29,998 bases of DNA from Candidatus Eiseniibacteriota bacterium (GTDB taxonomy: Bacteria > Eisenbacteria > RBG-16-71-46). Position 1 is the stretch's first letter, and each line of letters opens with the position of its first letter. The stretch is taken from assembly GCA_031364845.1 (NCBI GenBank), contig JANLWX010000082.1, forward strand, positions 1 to 29,998. Direction: 5' to 3'. Shown one piece after another: positions 1-9,790 of the stretch. A model generated the notes under the pieces. It ran no database searches. It was not told where the DNA came from and saw only the letters and a list, made by a program, of their open reading frames with translations. The position numbers were made by a program, and so were the translations under genes.

Positions 1-399
1 GACTACGTCGTGAAACCCTTCAGCCCGCGCGAGCTCGTGGCGCGCGTGCGCGCGGTGCTGCGCCGCAGTCCGTCGGACGATCTCAAAGGGCCGCCGGTCG
101 AATGCCGCGGAGTGCGGCTCGATCCCAACCGCCACACGGCCACACTGCGGGGCGCGCCGCTGGAACTGACGCCACGCGAGGTCGCCCTGCTGCTCGCGTT
201 CGTGCGCCATCCCGGCCGCGCGTTCACGCGCGGCGAGTTGATCGAGCGCGCGTTCGGCGCGGACTATGCCGGGCTCGAGCGCACGATCGACGTCCACGTC
301 CGCAATCTCAGGCTGAAGCTCGCAGCCCACGCCGCGGCGGCCCGCCTGATCGAAACGGTCGCCGGCGTGGGTTATCGCTGCGCGCCACCCGATGCATAG
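1..399 (+). CDS. OmpR/BaeR-family response regulator, 5'-truncated by window edge
   Basis: Frame 1 reads DYVVKPFSPRELVARVRAVLRR (end of receiver domain), then winged-helix motifs LTPRE...RTIDVHVRNLRLKL...IETVAGVGY. Stop overlaps the start of the downstream kinase. Confidence 0.95.
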   Translation, partial: DYVVKPFSPRELVARVRAVLRRSPSDDLKGPPVECRGVRLDPNRHTATLRGAPLELTPREVALLLAFVRHPGRAFTRGELIERAFGADYAGLERTIDVHVRNLRLKLAAHAAAARLIETVAGVGYRCAPPDA

Positions 400-1783
400 T
401 CTGCGCCTCCGGCTGTTGGTCGTGACCGTGATGGTCGCCGCGGCGGCGGTGGGTGTGAGCGCGCTGTTCTCGCGGCAGGTCGTCACCAGCGAGTTCCGGC
501 GCTTCGTCCAGACCCCGCATGCCTCAGGGATCGACGGCGTCGTCCGCGCGCTCGAAGCGACGTCATCCTACGCCGGCGCCGATTCGGTGCTCGAACGTCT
601 GGCTCCCGCGGTCGGCCGCGCGCTGGTGGTCGTGGACTCGGCCGGAGTCGTGATCGCGGCGTCCGACTCGCCGCTGCGCGCGGCGACCGTCACGCGCGGT
701 GACGGGGGCCGGGTGAGCTTCGATGCCCGATCCGGCGGCGGACGCCGGGCGGGCGGCATGATGCTCGAACTCGTGAACCCTCCGAGGCACGAGATCCGCA
801 GCCCGGATGGCGCGCTTCGCGGAACGCTCTATGTGCTTCCGGAACCGCAGACCCCGAGTCCTCCCGGCAGGCCGTTCTTGCAACGCGTGGATCGCGGGCT
901 GTGGCTGGGTGCTCTCTCGGCCATCGCGCTCGGCGCCGTCCTCGTCACGCTTTTGTCTTCACGCATCGTAGGACCGATCGAGAAACTCACGGTGGCGGCC
1001 CGCCGCATGGAACGCGGGGATCTCTCACCGCGCGTCGCGGCGCGTGGGAACGACGAGGTCGCGGTACTCGGCCGCAGCTTCAACGCGATGGCGGAGTCGC
1101 TCGAACACACGCAGCGCACACGCCGGCAGCTCACGCACGACATCGCACACGAGTTGCGCACGCCGCTCACGAATCTCAGGGCGCAGATCGAAGCGCTCGA
1201 GGACGGCCTGCTCCAACCCGACCGGTCCGCGCTCGCTTCGCTCCACGAAGAGGTGATGCTGCTCGCTCGCCTGACCGACGATCTCGGTCAGCTCGCGATG
1301 GCGGAATCGGGCGCTTTGCGGCTCGACCTCGAAACGATCGCCGTGCGTGAGGCGCTCGAGCGCGCGGCCGCGGCATTTCAGGTGCAAGCGGCGGCGGGCG
1401 GCATCGAGGTGCGGATCGAGGCGGATTCGGAACTCGAAGTGCGTGCCGACGCGGCGCGGCTCGGGCAGATTCTGCGGAATTTGACCACCAATGCCCTGAC
1501 TTACACGCCGCCCGGCGGCCACATCACGCTCGCCGCGCATTCCGAGGACGCCCGCGTGGTGTTCGAAGTCCGCGACTCCGGCTCCGGCATCCCGGCGGAG
1601 CATCTTCCTCATGTATTCGAGCGCTTCCATCGCGCCGACCCTTCGAGGTCCCGTACCACCGGCGGCGCGGGATTGGGGCTCGCAATCGTTAGGCACCTGG
1701 TCGCCGCGCAAGGTGGCGAAACGACCGCCGCGAGCGAGCCCGGCCAGGGGACGACGCTCCGCTTCACGCTGCCCCGGGCTTAG
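392..1783 (+). CDS. HAMP-domain sensor histidine kinase (BaeS-like)
   Basis: Two TM segments, HAMP (GPIEKLTVAARRMERGDL...DEVAVLGRSFNAMA), HisKA DIAHELRTPL, HATPase boxes (NLTTNA, DSGSGI, FERF, GAGLGL). 8-nt overlap with the regulator. Confidence 0.96.
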   Translation: MHSLRLRLLVVTVMVAAAAVGVSALFSRQVVTSEFRRFVQTPHASGIDGVVRALEATSSYAGADSVLERLAPAVGRALVVVDSAGVVIAASDSPLRAATVTRGDGGRVSFDARSGGGRRAGGMMLELVNPPRHEIRSPDGALRGTLYVLPEPQTPSPPGRPFLQRVDRGLWLGALSAIALGAVLVTLLSSRIVGPIEKLTVAARRMERGDLSPRVAARGNDEVAVLGRSFNAMAESLEHTQRTRRQLTHDIAHELRTPLTNLRAQIEALEDGLLQPDRSALASLHEEVMLLARLTDDLGQLAMAESGALRLDLETIAVREALERAAAAFQVQAAAGGIEVRIEADSELEVRADAARLGQILRNLTTNALTYTPPGGHITLAAHSEDARVVFEVRDSGSGIPAEHLPHVFERFHRADPSRSRTTGGAGLGLAIVRHLVAAQGGETTAASEPGQGTTLRFTLPRA

Positions 1784-1826
1784 CGTCCCCGGACTCGACG
1801 CGGCGGCGCGGTTCGTCGTCGGGACG
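1784..1826. terminator. GC-rich stem-loop between convergent genes
   Basis: CGTCCC...GGGACG inverted repeat directly after the kinase stop; no clear U-tract. Confidence 0.35.
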
Positions 1827-1866
1827 ATCGGGCGATGCCTCGGCCTCTACCGGCCGCGATGTCTCA

Positions 1867-3852
1867 TCAATACGCGAGCACCAGCTTGCGCACGGTCACG
1901 CTTCCCGCGCCCGACAGCCGCGCGAAGTAGAGTCCGGCGGGCAGGCGGCGTCCTCTCGAGGTGCCGTCCCAGGCGACCTGATAGCGGCCCGGCGCCTGGT
2001 CGCCGCTCACGAGCCGCGTCACCTCGCGTCCCGCGACATCCAGCACCGTGAGCGATGCGGTCCCACGGCGCGCGAGCGTGAACGCGATGGTCATTGCGCC
2101 CGGTGATGGATTCGGGCTCACCGATTCGATCGTGGTCGCCAGTGGCAGGCTTCCCGAGGCGCGGATCGGTCCGACGACGAAGTCTTCACCGGAACTCGAG
2201 ATCACGATCAGCCGGTAGTCGTAATCGAACGCCGCGCTCGCGCCGTCATCGAGCGCCACGACATCACGGTCCTCCGATCGGATCGTGAGCCCGATCCGAA
2301 GCCACGCAGCGTCGCCGACGCGCCTGCGTTCGACACTCGTCCGTGAGACGCGTGCCGGGTCCGCGAAGCTCCATCGCAATTCGACGCCGCCTTCGATCCG
2401 CGTCGCGTCGAACCGGCTGATCAACGTGGCCGTCGACTCGGAGAAGTGAGCGACGACATTCTTCTGAGCATCGAGCGGGATCGTGATCGGGCTGACGGTA
2501 TCGCTTGCGGCACCGCTCCAGTGATCGAAATCGAATCCATGCACCGGGACCGCGGTCAACGTCACGGTCCCGGGGCAGTCGTCGTGGTATTCGATGGTCA
2601 CGCTGCCAGCCGTCTCCGGCGTGACACTCCAGCGCACGGTCGGCGTGGGCGACAACTCCAGCACGTCATTGAGAAAGAAAGGGCCGCTCTCGCCGCCCAT
2701 CGCCAGCACGCGAACCCTCGTCGAGTCGTAGGCGATCGCGGGAGCGTAGCGGGTCGGATGCGAACGCACCGGTCGCCACGTCGGTGTGCCGGACAGCGCG
2801 AGCGCCTGCACGCCGGCCGGGCCTTCGACGATCAGTTGATCTCCGAGCGGATCGTAGACCGCGCGGATGTTGGTGGTCTCCTGCGGCGGCGTTCCCGCGA
2901 CGACGAGCTGCGACCAGGCGGGAGGTCCGCTCAGGTTGAGCGTCCAAACATCCTGCATCTGAGCACCGGTGAATGCGCGCGAACCGCCGAACAGAAGCAG
3001 GCGGTCCCGCAACGAGTCGTATGCAAGGACGTGTTCGACCAGCCCCGGAGGCGCCGGTCCCGCGGGCGCCACCCCGAACCACTGCGGAGTTCCGGTCAGG
3101 TCGAGGTAGTAGAGATGCGGCGAGAAGTTGAGACTGCCGACGTTGTCGGAGCCGCCGTACACCCACATACGCGAGCGCGTTGGATCGAGTGCTGCGGCGT
3201 GTGCGAATCGTCTCGACAGCAGCGCCTGCGGCGTCTGGAGCACGCTCCACTCTGGAGTGCCGCTCAAGGACAGACTCCAGACCGCGGCCGAGTCGTCGGG
3301 CCAGAACGCGGAGCGGCCGGCATCGAAGCCGATGCCGCCGAACACGATCATGCGATCGCGCGGCGCATCGAACACCGCGGTATGCGCGCGGCGTTTCTGC
3401 GGCAGGGTTCCCGTGGGATGGAGTTCGATCCACTCGAGCGAATCGTCGAGCGACAGCGACCACACGTCGTTCTTCGTCTGATAGGCGGCACCGCCTTCGT
3501 CGCCGTCACCTCCGAAGATCACGAGGCGGTCGCGGGGGGCATCGACGATCGCGCTGTGTCCGATGCGACCGAACGGAGCAGCACCGCCCAAGGGATCGGC
3601 GATCGGCACGAGCGTGGTCCATCCACATTCCTGAGTCGTCGCACTCTTCAGCGTGCGGACTCCGCGAGCGGTTCGCGAGGCCGGGTCGATGTCCGGAATC
3701 CGACTCGAGTTCATGGCGCGAGTGCCGACGAAAAGCTGGAGGTGCGACGGGATCCGCGCCAGGGCGGGCGGGGTCACAGCTATCTGGAGAATGACCGCCG
3801 CGGCCACGGCGGCCGGCCGCAGGTGCGGCACTCTGTGCATCCATCGAGTCAT
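1867..3852 (-). CDS. Secreted Kelch-repeat beta-propeller protein with InlB-B/Flg_new-like repeat and C-terminal FlgD-Ig/T9SS-like domain
   Basis: Start reassigned to ATG 3852 (GGAGGT just upstream). Signal-peptide-like AAVAAAVILQIAVTPPALA, six Kelch-like blades (e.g. RIGHSAIVDAPRDRLVIFGG), VTLTAVP..GFDFDHWSG repeat, C-terminal PNPS...DVAGREV..L...WDG...LPAGLYFARL. Confidence 0.88.
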   Translation of the reverse strand: MTRWMHRVPHLRPAAVAAAVILQIAVTPPALARIPSHLQLFVGTRAMNSSRIPDIDPASRTARGVRTLKSATTQECGWTTLVPIADPLGGAAPFGRIGHSAIVDAPRDRLVIFGGDGDEGGAAYQTKNDVWSLSLDDSLEWIELHPTGTLPQKRRAHTAVFDAPRDRMIVFGGIGFDAGRSAFWPDDSAAVWSLSLSGTPEWSVLQTPQALLSRRFAHAAALDPTRSRMWVYGGSDNVGSLNFSPHLYYLDLTGTPQWFGVAPAGPAPPGLVEHVLAYDSLRDRLLLFGGSRAFTGAQMQDVWTLNLSGPPAWSQLVVAGTPPQETTNIRAVYDPLGDQLIVEGPAGVQALALSGTPTWRPVRSHPTRYAPAIAYDSTRVRVLAMGGESGPFFLNDVLELSPTPTVRWSVTPETAGSVTIEYHDDCPGTVTLTAVPVHGFDFDHWSGAASDTVSPITIPLDAQKNVVAHFSESTATLISRFDATRIEGGVELRWSFADPARVSRTSVERRRVGDAAWLRIGLTIRSEDRDVVALDDGASAAFDYDYRLIVISSSGEDFVVGPIRASGSLPLATTIESVSPNPSPGAMTIAFTLARRGTASLTVLDVAGREVTRLVSGDQAPGRYQVAWDGTSRGRRLPAGLYFARLSGAGSVTVRKLVLAY

Positions 3853-3985
3853 GGCCGACCTCCAGTCCGCACGAGCGCGACACCCGTCCGCGACGATACA
3901 CCCGCGGCGCCCGAGTTGCGTCTCTAAAAGTGCGGCCCGGTCGTCGATCGGTTTCACCGGCTACGACCCCGATCCGCGAAGCGGT

Positions 3986-5785
3986 ATGCTGCGCATCGCT
4001 CGCACATCGTCACCCCGCATCCACAGGACCTCGGTCATCGGACCCCTTCGCCATCTGATTCCCTATCTGCGCCGTCACCGCACCGCACTGGCCGTGGGCG
4101 GGGTTTCGGTCGTGCTCACCAATCTGTTCCAGGTGTGGTCGCCGTGGCTCGTGCGCCAGGCGGTCGACCACATCCAGCAGGGCGTGGGGCGCGCCGCACT
4201 CGCGCGTGATGCCGGATTGATCCTGCTCGCGGTGTCCCTTCAGGGTTTGTTCCTCTACACGATGCGCATGACGCTGATCCGCGCGTCGCGCCACATGGAG
4301 TACGAGCTTCGCAACGACCTGTTCGGCCATCTCGCGCGCCTGCCGGCGAGCGAGTACCGCACGCGCAAGGTCGGCGATCTGATGTCGCGCGCGACCAACG
4401 ACCTCGACGCGGTCCGCGATCTGCTGGGGCCCGGCATCATGTACTCCGCGAACACCGGGATGACGTTCGTGATGGCCGTGTTCCTCATGTGCCGCATCGA
4501 CTGGCGTCTGACGCTGCTCGCACTCATTCCGCTGCCAATTCTGTCGCTCGTCACCGGCCGGCTCAGCGCGCAGCTCTTCCGCCACTACGGCGCGATCCAG
4601 GAGTCGCTCGCCGCACTGACCGCCAAGGCACAGGAGACGCTGTCCGGAATCCGCGTGGTGAAGGCCCACGTCGAGGAAGAGGGCGAGTTGCGCGCGTTCA
4701 GCACCCTGCACGACGACTACACCGAGAAGAACCGCGGCATGATCAAGGTCATGTCGGCGCTGTGGCCTTCGCTGTCGCTGCTCGGCGGCATCGCGGCCGC
4801 GATCGTGCTGTGGGTGGGAGGTGGTGCGGTCGTGCGCGGACAGATCACGCTCGGCGAGTTGGTGGCATTCCAGATCTACCTCGGCATGTTGATCTGGCCC
4901 ATGATCGCTCTCGGCTGGGTCACGAACCTGTTCCAGCGCGGAGCCGCATCGATGGGGCGCATCCGCTCGGTCATGGACCTTGCGGCCGAAGAGGACGTCA
5001 AGCCCGATGCGTCGGACCCGCCGGCCGCCGGAACCGAACTCGAATTGCGCGGCGTCGGGTTCACGTATCCCGGCACCGATCGTCCGGTGCTGCTGGGCGT
5101 CGATCTCACGCTTCGTGCGGGCGAATCGGTCGCGATCGTCGGGCGCACCGGGTCCGGCAAGAGCACGCTGCTCCATCTGATTGCGCGCCTCTACGAGCCC
5201 ACCGAGGGCACGATCTTGGTCGGCGGCATCGAGGCGAATCAATGGACGCGCGGCGCATTGCGGCGGCGGTTCGGCATCGTGCCGCAGGAGACGTTTCTGT
5301 TCTCGGACACGATCCGCTCGAACGTGGCGTTCGGCTTCGACGACGATGCCGCGGCCGCGGCGGACATCGAACGCGCCGCGCGTGGCGCGGGACTCGAACC
5401 CGACATCGCCCGTTTTCCCAAAGGGTTCGACACGATCCTCGGGGAACGCGGCATCACGCTGTCCGGCGGCCAGAAGCAGCGCGTGTCGCTCGCGCGCGCG
5501 CTGATCCTCGAGCGCCCGGTGCTGCTGCTCGACGATGCGTTCGCGAGCGTCGATCCCGCGACCGAGCAGCGCATTCTCGAAACGTTGTTCGCGCTCGAGC
5601 ACCGGCCCGCGATTCTCCTCGCCACCCATCGCCGATCGGCACTGCTGCGCGTCGATCGCATCGTGGTGCTGGACGAAGGCCGGATCGTCGCGGCGGGAAC
5701 GCACGAGGAGTTGATCGCGCGCGGCGGTCTGTACGCGGATTTCTACCGCCAGGAGGAAATGGTGGAAGAACTGGAGGCGTTGTGA
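3986..5785 (+). CDS. ABC exporter, fused TMD-NBD, heterodimer subunit A (YheI/MdlA/TM287-like)
   Basis: Six-TM ABC membrane domain, Walker A GRTGSGKS, signature LSGGQKQR, Walker B LLLDD (Asp in place of catalytic Glu). Start uncertain; ATG 3986 chosen because the ORF-track start at 3653 overlaps the divergent gene. Confidence 0.92.
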   Translation: MLRIARTSSPRIHRTSVIGPLRHLIPYLRRHRTALAVGGVSVVLTNLFQVWSPWLVRQAVDHIQQGVGRAALARDAGLILLAVSLQGLFLYTMRMTLIRASRHMEYELRNDLFGHLARLPASEYRTRKVGDLMSRATNDLDAVRDLLGPGIMYSANTGMTFVMAVFLMCRIDWRLTLLALIPLPILSLVTGRLSAQLFRHYGAIQESLAALTAKAQETLSGIRVVKAHVEEEGELRAFSTLHDDYTEKNRGMIKVMSALWPSLSLLGGIAAAIVLWVGGGAVVRGQITLGELVAFQIYLGMLIWPMIALGWVTNLFQRGAASMGRIRSVMDLAAEEDVKPDASDPPAAGTELELRGVGFTYPGTDRPVLLGVDLTLRAGESVAIVGRTGSGKSTLLHLIARLYEPTEGTILVGGIEANQWTRGALRRRFGIVPQETFLFSDTIRSNVAFGFDDDAAAAADIERAARGAGLEPDIARFPKGFDTILGERGITLSGGQKQRVSLARALILERPVLLLDDAFASVDPATEQRILETLFALEHRPAILLATHRRSALLRVDRIVVLDEGRIVAAGTHEELIARGGLYADFYRQEEMVEELEAL

Positions 5786-5819
5786 GGGATCGGGTGACGC
5801 GACATGAGGGAGCACGCTG

Positions 5820-7682
5820 ATGGCGGGTCCATTCGATTCGGCCGCGGACGAGATCGACTCGCACGGAGCGATCTACGACCGCAAGCTCGCGCGCCGGCTG
5901 TTGCGATTCCTCGGGCCCTACAAGAAGGAAGTCGCGCTTTCGGTCGTGCTGCTCGCGGCGATCGCGGCATTGGAAATCACGGGTCCCTACCTGACCAAGG
6001 TCGCGATCGACACCTACGTGAAGCCGGTCGCGGGCGGAGGCTTTCTGCCGGCCGAGGCGTCGCGGGGGCTGCTCGAGATCGGGATCGCCTACGTCGCGGT
6101 GCTGATCGCGGCGTTCGCGCTGCGCTACTTCCAGAGCTACATGATGTCGATGGTCGGCCAGCGCGCGATGCGCGATCTGCGCATCGCCGTGTTCCGCCAT
6201 CTCGGTACGCTGAGCCCGTCCTACTACGACACGCGACCGGTCGGACAGATTCTCACGCGCGTCACGCAGGACGTGGCGGTGCTCAACGAGCTGTTCTCGC
6301 AGGGTGTGGTCGCGGTGCTCGGCGATCTGTTCATCCTGTTCGGCATCATCGGAGCGATGCTGGTGCTCGACTGGCGGCTGGCGCTCGTCACGCTCACGAC
6401 CGTGCCGCTGCTGATCGTGGCGACCATGGTGTTCCGCGCGAAAGTCCGCGTGTCCTATCGCCGCGTGCGCAGCCGCGTGGCGCGGATCAACGCGTTCCTC
6501 CAGGAGCATCTCCAGGGACTCGACGTGCTCAAGTTCTTCAACGCCGAGCACAAGGAGATGCGCAAGTTCGACCAGGCGAACGCGGCCCATTACGAGGCGC
6601 ACGTTCAGAACATCTTCTACTACGCTGTGTTCTTCCCGTCGGTGGAAGTGATCGGGGCCGTCTCGATCGCGCTCATCCTGTGGTACGGCGGCGGCGGCAT
6701 TCTCGCGGGCGCAGTGACGTTCGGTGTGGTGGTCGCGTTCATCCAGTACGCGGAGCGGTTCTATCAGCCGGTGCGCGACCTGAGCGAGAAGTACAACATG
6801 ATCCAGTCCGCGATGGTGGCTTCGGAGCGGATCTTCGAGCTGCTCGACACGGCGCCCGCGATCGTCGAGCCGGAAACGCCACGTGCCATCGAGCGTCTGC
6901 GCGGTGAGGTCGAGTTCGATCACGTGTGGTTCGCGTATCAGGACGAGGACTGGGTGTTGCGTGACGTTTCGTTCCGCATTGCGCCGGGCGAGAAGGTGGC
7001 GATCGTCGGGGCGACGGGTGCCGGCAAGACGACGATCGCGAATCTATTGTGCCGCTTCTACGAATTTCAGAAGGGCACCATTCGGGCCGACGGGAACGAC
7101 ATCCGGGACATCGAAGGCCGGGTACTGCGCCGTCAGATCGGGCTCGTGCTGCAGGACGTGTTTCTGTTCTCGGGCAGTGTGCGGGAGAACATCGCCTTCG
7201 GCGACCGCGATCGCGGGGGCGATGCGGTCGAACGCGCGCTCGCCGAAGTCGGGGGTTCGCGGCTGGCGGCGCGGTTCCCGAAGGGGTTGGATGAGGAGGT
7301 CGGAGAACGCGGTGCCTTCCTGTCGATGGGAGAGCGTCAGATCCTCGCGTTCGCGCGCGCGCTCCACTACGACCCGAGTATCCTCATCCTCGACGAGGCG
7401 ACCTCGAGCGTCGACATCGAAACCGAGCGCACGATCCAGGCGGCTCTGCATCGTCTGCTCCAGGGCCGCACCTCGCTCGTGATCGCCCACCGGCTGAGCA
7501 CGATTCTCGACGCCGACCGGATTCTCGTGCTGCACAAGGGCGAGTTGCGGGAGCAGGGGACGCACGCGGAACTGCTGGCGAAGGGCGGCATCTATGCCCG
7601 GCTCTATCGGCTCCAGTTCAGCCGCCAGCCGGCGCCCGAGGCGGTCGGATCGGGTGTTGCGGGTTCGACGGCGGCGGAGTGA
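5820..7682 (+). CDS. ABC exporter, fused TMD-NBD, heterodimer subunit B (YheH/MdlB/TM288-like)
   Basis: GGGAG RBS, YDRKLARRLLRFL N-terminus, Walker A GATGAGKT, non-canonical signature LSMGERQ, Walker B ILILDEATS, AHRLST switch. Confidence 0.95.
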   Translation: MAGPFDSAADEIDSHGAIYDRKLARRLLRFLGPYKKEVALSVVLLAAIAALEITGPYLTKVAIDTYVKPVAGGGFLPAEASRGLLEIGIAYVAVLIAAFALRYFQSYMMSMVGQRAMRDLRIAVFRHLGTLSPSYYDTRPVGQILTRVTQDVAVLNELFSQGVVAVLGDLFILFGIIGAMLVLDWRLALVTLTTVPLLIVATMVFRAKVRVSYRRVRSRVARINAFLQEHLQGLDVLKFFNAEHKEMRKFDQANAAHYEAHVQNIFYYAVFFPSVEVIGAVSIALILWYGGGGILAGAVTFGVVVAFIQYAERFYQPVRDLSEKYNMIQSAMVASERIFELLDTAPAIVEPETPRAIERLRGEVEFDHVWFAYQDEDWVLRDVSFRIAPGEKVAIVGATGAGKTTIANLLCRFYEFQKGTIRADGNDIRDIEGRVLRRQIGLVLQDVFLFSGSVRENIAFGDRDRGGDAVERALAEVGGSRLAARFPKGLDEEVGERGAFLSMGERQILAFARALHYDPSILILDEATSSVDIETERTIQAALHRLLQGRTSLVIAHRLSTILDADRILVLHKGELREQGTHAELLAKGGIYARLYRLQFSRQPAPEAVGSGVAGSTAAE

Positions 7683-7689
7683 TACGCTG

Positions 7690-9198
7690 ATGCCCGTTAT
7701 GCGCCCGACTTCCTTCCAGAACCTCGCCGTCCGCTCTCTGCAACTGGCCGTGATCGCGGCTCTCGCGCTTGCGCCGCGTTCCGCAATCGCGTCGCGCGAC
7801 GCGGAGGTCGCTGCGCGATCCGAAGCGCCGAGTTTCACCCTGCAGTGGATCGACGCCGGCGGACGTTTGGCGGCGGCTGAAGCAAGGTCTTCGCATCCGA
7901 AGACGCGCGCGCTGAGAATCCCGATCGACGGCCACCTCGTGACGCTGCGTCTCGCTCCGCATTCGGTGCGCTCAGCGGGCTTCCGCCTGCTGGTGCCCGA
8001 TGCCGTGGGAACGCTGCGCGAAGTTGCCGCTCCCGAACCCGCGACCGTGCGCGGTGTGATCGACGAACTGCCGGGAGCCGTTGTCGCAGGATCGCTCGAG
8101 GCGGGTCGTTTGTCGGCGACGATCGTGTTCGCCGATGGACGCATGTCCTCGATCGAACCGCTCGCCGCCACCGCGGCCGACCGAAACACCATCCGCCATC
8201 GGGTCGTGCGCGCCGATCTCGAGCTGCCCGCCGGCGCGTGTTTCGTGAACGACGCACCACAGTCCGTGCCGCCGGCACCGCATTCCGGATACCGCATCGA
8301 TGCCGCACCCCGCATCGCCGACATCGCCGTGGATGCGGACTTCGAGTACGTCGGCATGAACGGCGGGTCGGTGACCTCGACCGTCAACGATATCGAGGCG
8401 CTGCTGAATTCGGTCAACGTCGTCTACGAGCGCGACTGCGATCTGCGGCACCGACTCGTCACGTTGATCGTGCGTTCGGCGGAACCCGACCCCTACTCCT
8501 CGACCGACGCCGTCACGCTCTACAGCCAGCTGCGCAACCATTGGAACGCGAGCCAGACCGCGGTGCAGCGCGATCTCGTGCACCTCATGACGGGGAAGGA
8601 ACTCGCTGGCAGCACCATCGGATACGCGGCGGTGGGTGAGGTCTGCAATCGCTCGCGCGCCTACGGACTCACGCAGGCCCGGTTCACGACCAACCTCGCG
8701 CGACGCACCGCGCTCGTCGCCCACGAGCTCGGCCACAACTGGAACGCGGTCCACTGCGACGCCGTTTCGCCGTGTCACATCATGTGCTCGAGCCTCGGCG
8801 ACTGCGACTTCATCGGCCTGCCGAACTTCGAGCCGATGGGCATCGACGCGATCCGTGCGTTCGCCTCATCGCGAAGCTGTCTCGCCGACATCCCGGTCGC
8901 GGTCGAGACCGATCCCGGGCCGGGCGAAGTGCGTTTCGCGATCACGGGTCCCAATCCATTCACGCGTCAGACGCGTGTCGAGTATCACCTCCCGCAGCCG
9001 GCGCCGGTGCGCCTCGCCATCTTCGATGTCTCGGGGCAGCGGATCGCCACACTCGTGGACGGTGACGAGAGCGCAGGCTCGCACTCCCGAACGTGGGACG
9101 GTGCGGACGCGCGCGGTGTGCGGCGCGCCGGCGTGTTCTACGTGCGGCTGGAAACACGCGACACACGGCAGACGCGGACATTGATCGTGATTCGGTAG
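7690..9198 (+). CDS. Secreted M12/reprolysin-like zinc metalloprotease with prodomain and C-terminal FlgD-Ig/T9SS-like domain
   Basis: Signal-peptide-like N-terminus, IAVDADFEY, zinc motif HELGHNWNAVH, Met-turn HIMC, C-terminal PNPF...FDVSGQRIATL...WDG...GVFYVRL. Start at 7690 or 7699. Confidence 0.9.
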   Translation: MPVMRPTSFQNLAVRSLQLAVIAALALAPRSAIASRDAEVAARSEAPSFTLQWIDAGGRLAAAEARSSHPKTRALRIPIDGHLVTLRLAPHSVRSAGFRLLVPDAVGTLREVAAPEPATVRGVIDELPGAVVAGSLEAGRLSATIVFADGRMSSIEPLAATAADRNTIRHRVVRADLELPAGACFVNDAPQSVPPAPHSGYRIDAAPRIADIAVDADFEYVGMNGGSVTSTVNDIEALLNSVNVVYERDCDLRHRLVTLIVRSAEPDPYSSTDAVTLYSQLRNHWNASQTAVQRDLVHLMTGKELAGSTIGYAAVGEVCNRSRAYGLTQARFTTNLARRTALVAHELGHNWNAVHCDAVSPCHIMCSSLGDCDFIGLPNFEPMGIDAIRAFASSRSCLADIPVAVETDPGPGEVRFAITGPNPFTRQTRVEYHLPQPAPVRLAIFDVSGQRIATLVDGDESAGSHSRTWDGADARGVRRAGVFYVRLETRDTRQTRTLIVIR

Positions 9199-9280
9199 GC
9201 ACTCGACCCGCATCTCGCGAGCCTCGCAACCGTCCGGGACTCCGTTCGCGCAGGCGCTGCAAATCCGTCATGGTCCCCGC

Positions 9281-9790
9281 ATGGAAAGCTTGACGGACAT
9301 CCTGTGCACGCGTTGTGGAATGTGTTGCGACGGAACGCTATTCGCCGACGTCGAGTTGGCCGGTCGCGCCGAGGCGAACCGCATGGAGTTGCTGGGCGTC
9401 CAGGTCGAAGAGCACGACGGCGACAGTGAACTCATGCAGCTACCATGCGCCGCGTTGTGCGGGACGCGCTGTGGCGTCTACGCGCATCGTCCCAGGGTCT
9501 GCCGCACGTTCGAATGCCGGCTGTTGCAGGAGACGCGCCGCGGCGAAGTGGGCGTGAAGCGCGCGATCGCGCTGATCGACGAGACCCGAACCCGGATTGG
9601 AAAGGTGAAGGAGCTGCTGGTTCAGCTCGGTGATGTCGATGCCGGCCTGCCGCTCAGGGAACGCTGTGCCGAGGTGCTCGCAACCGATGTCCGCTCCACG
9701 GCGCGCACACGCAGCGCGCGCGCCGAGCTCGAGATCGAAATGTCTGCGGTCGAAACGACGATCCGCAAATCGTTCCTGGGCGGGCGTTGA
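9281..9790 (+). CDS. YkgJ-family (CxxCxxCC) cysteine-cluster protein
   Basis: CTRCGMCC and PCAAL...CGVYAHRPRVCRTFEC motifs. Confidence 0.88.
   Translation: MESLTDILCTRCGMCCDGTLFADVELAGRAEANRMELLGVQVEEHDGDSELMQLPCAALCGTRCGVYAHRPRVCRTFECRLLQETRRGEVGVKRAIALIDETRTRIGKVKELLVQLGDVDAGLPLRERCAEVLATDVRSTARTRSARAELEIEMSAVETTIRKSFLGGR

Noticed and set aside
3653..3985. N-terminal extension of the ABC exporter given in the ORF track
   Set aside because: Overlaps the divergent Kelch gene and its RBS; no transporter-like sequence.
4010..5815. 601-aa minus-strand ORF, and similar long antisense ORFs (2446-3927, 5454-6923, 7044-8417, 12007-13446, 15985-17247, 20530-22239, 26489-27841, 28507-29805)
   Set aside because: Shadow frames of well-supported genes; high GC suppresses stop codons and the translations lack motifs.
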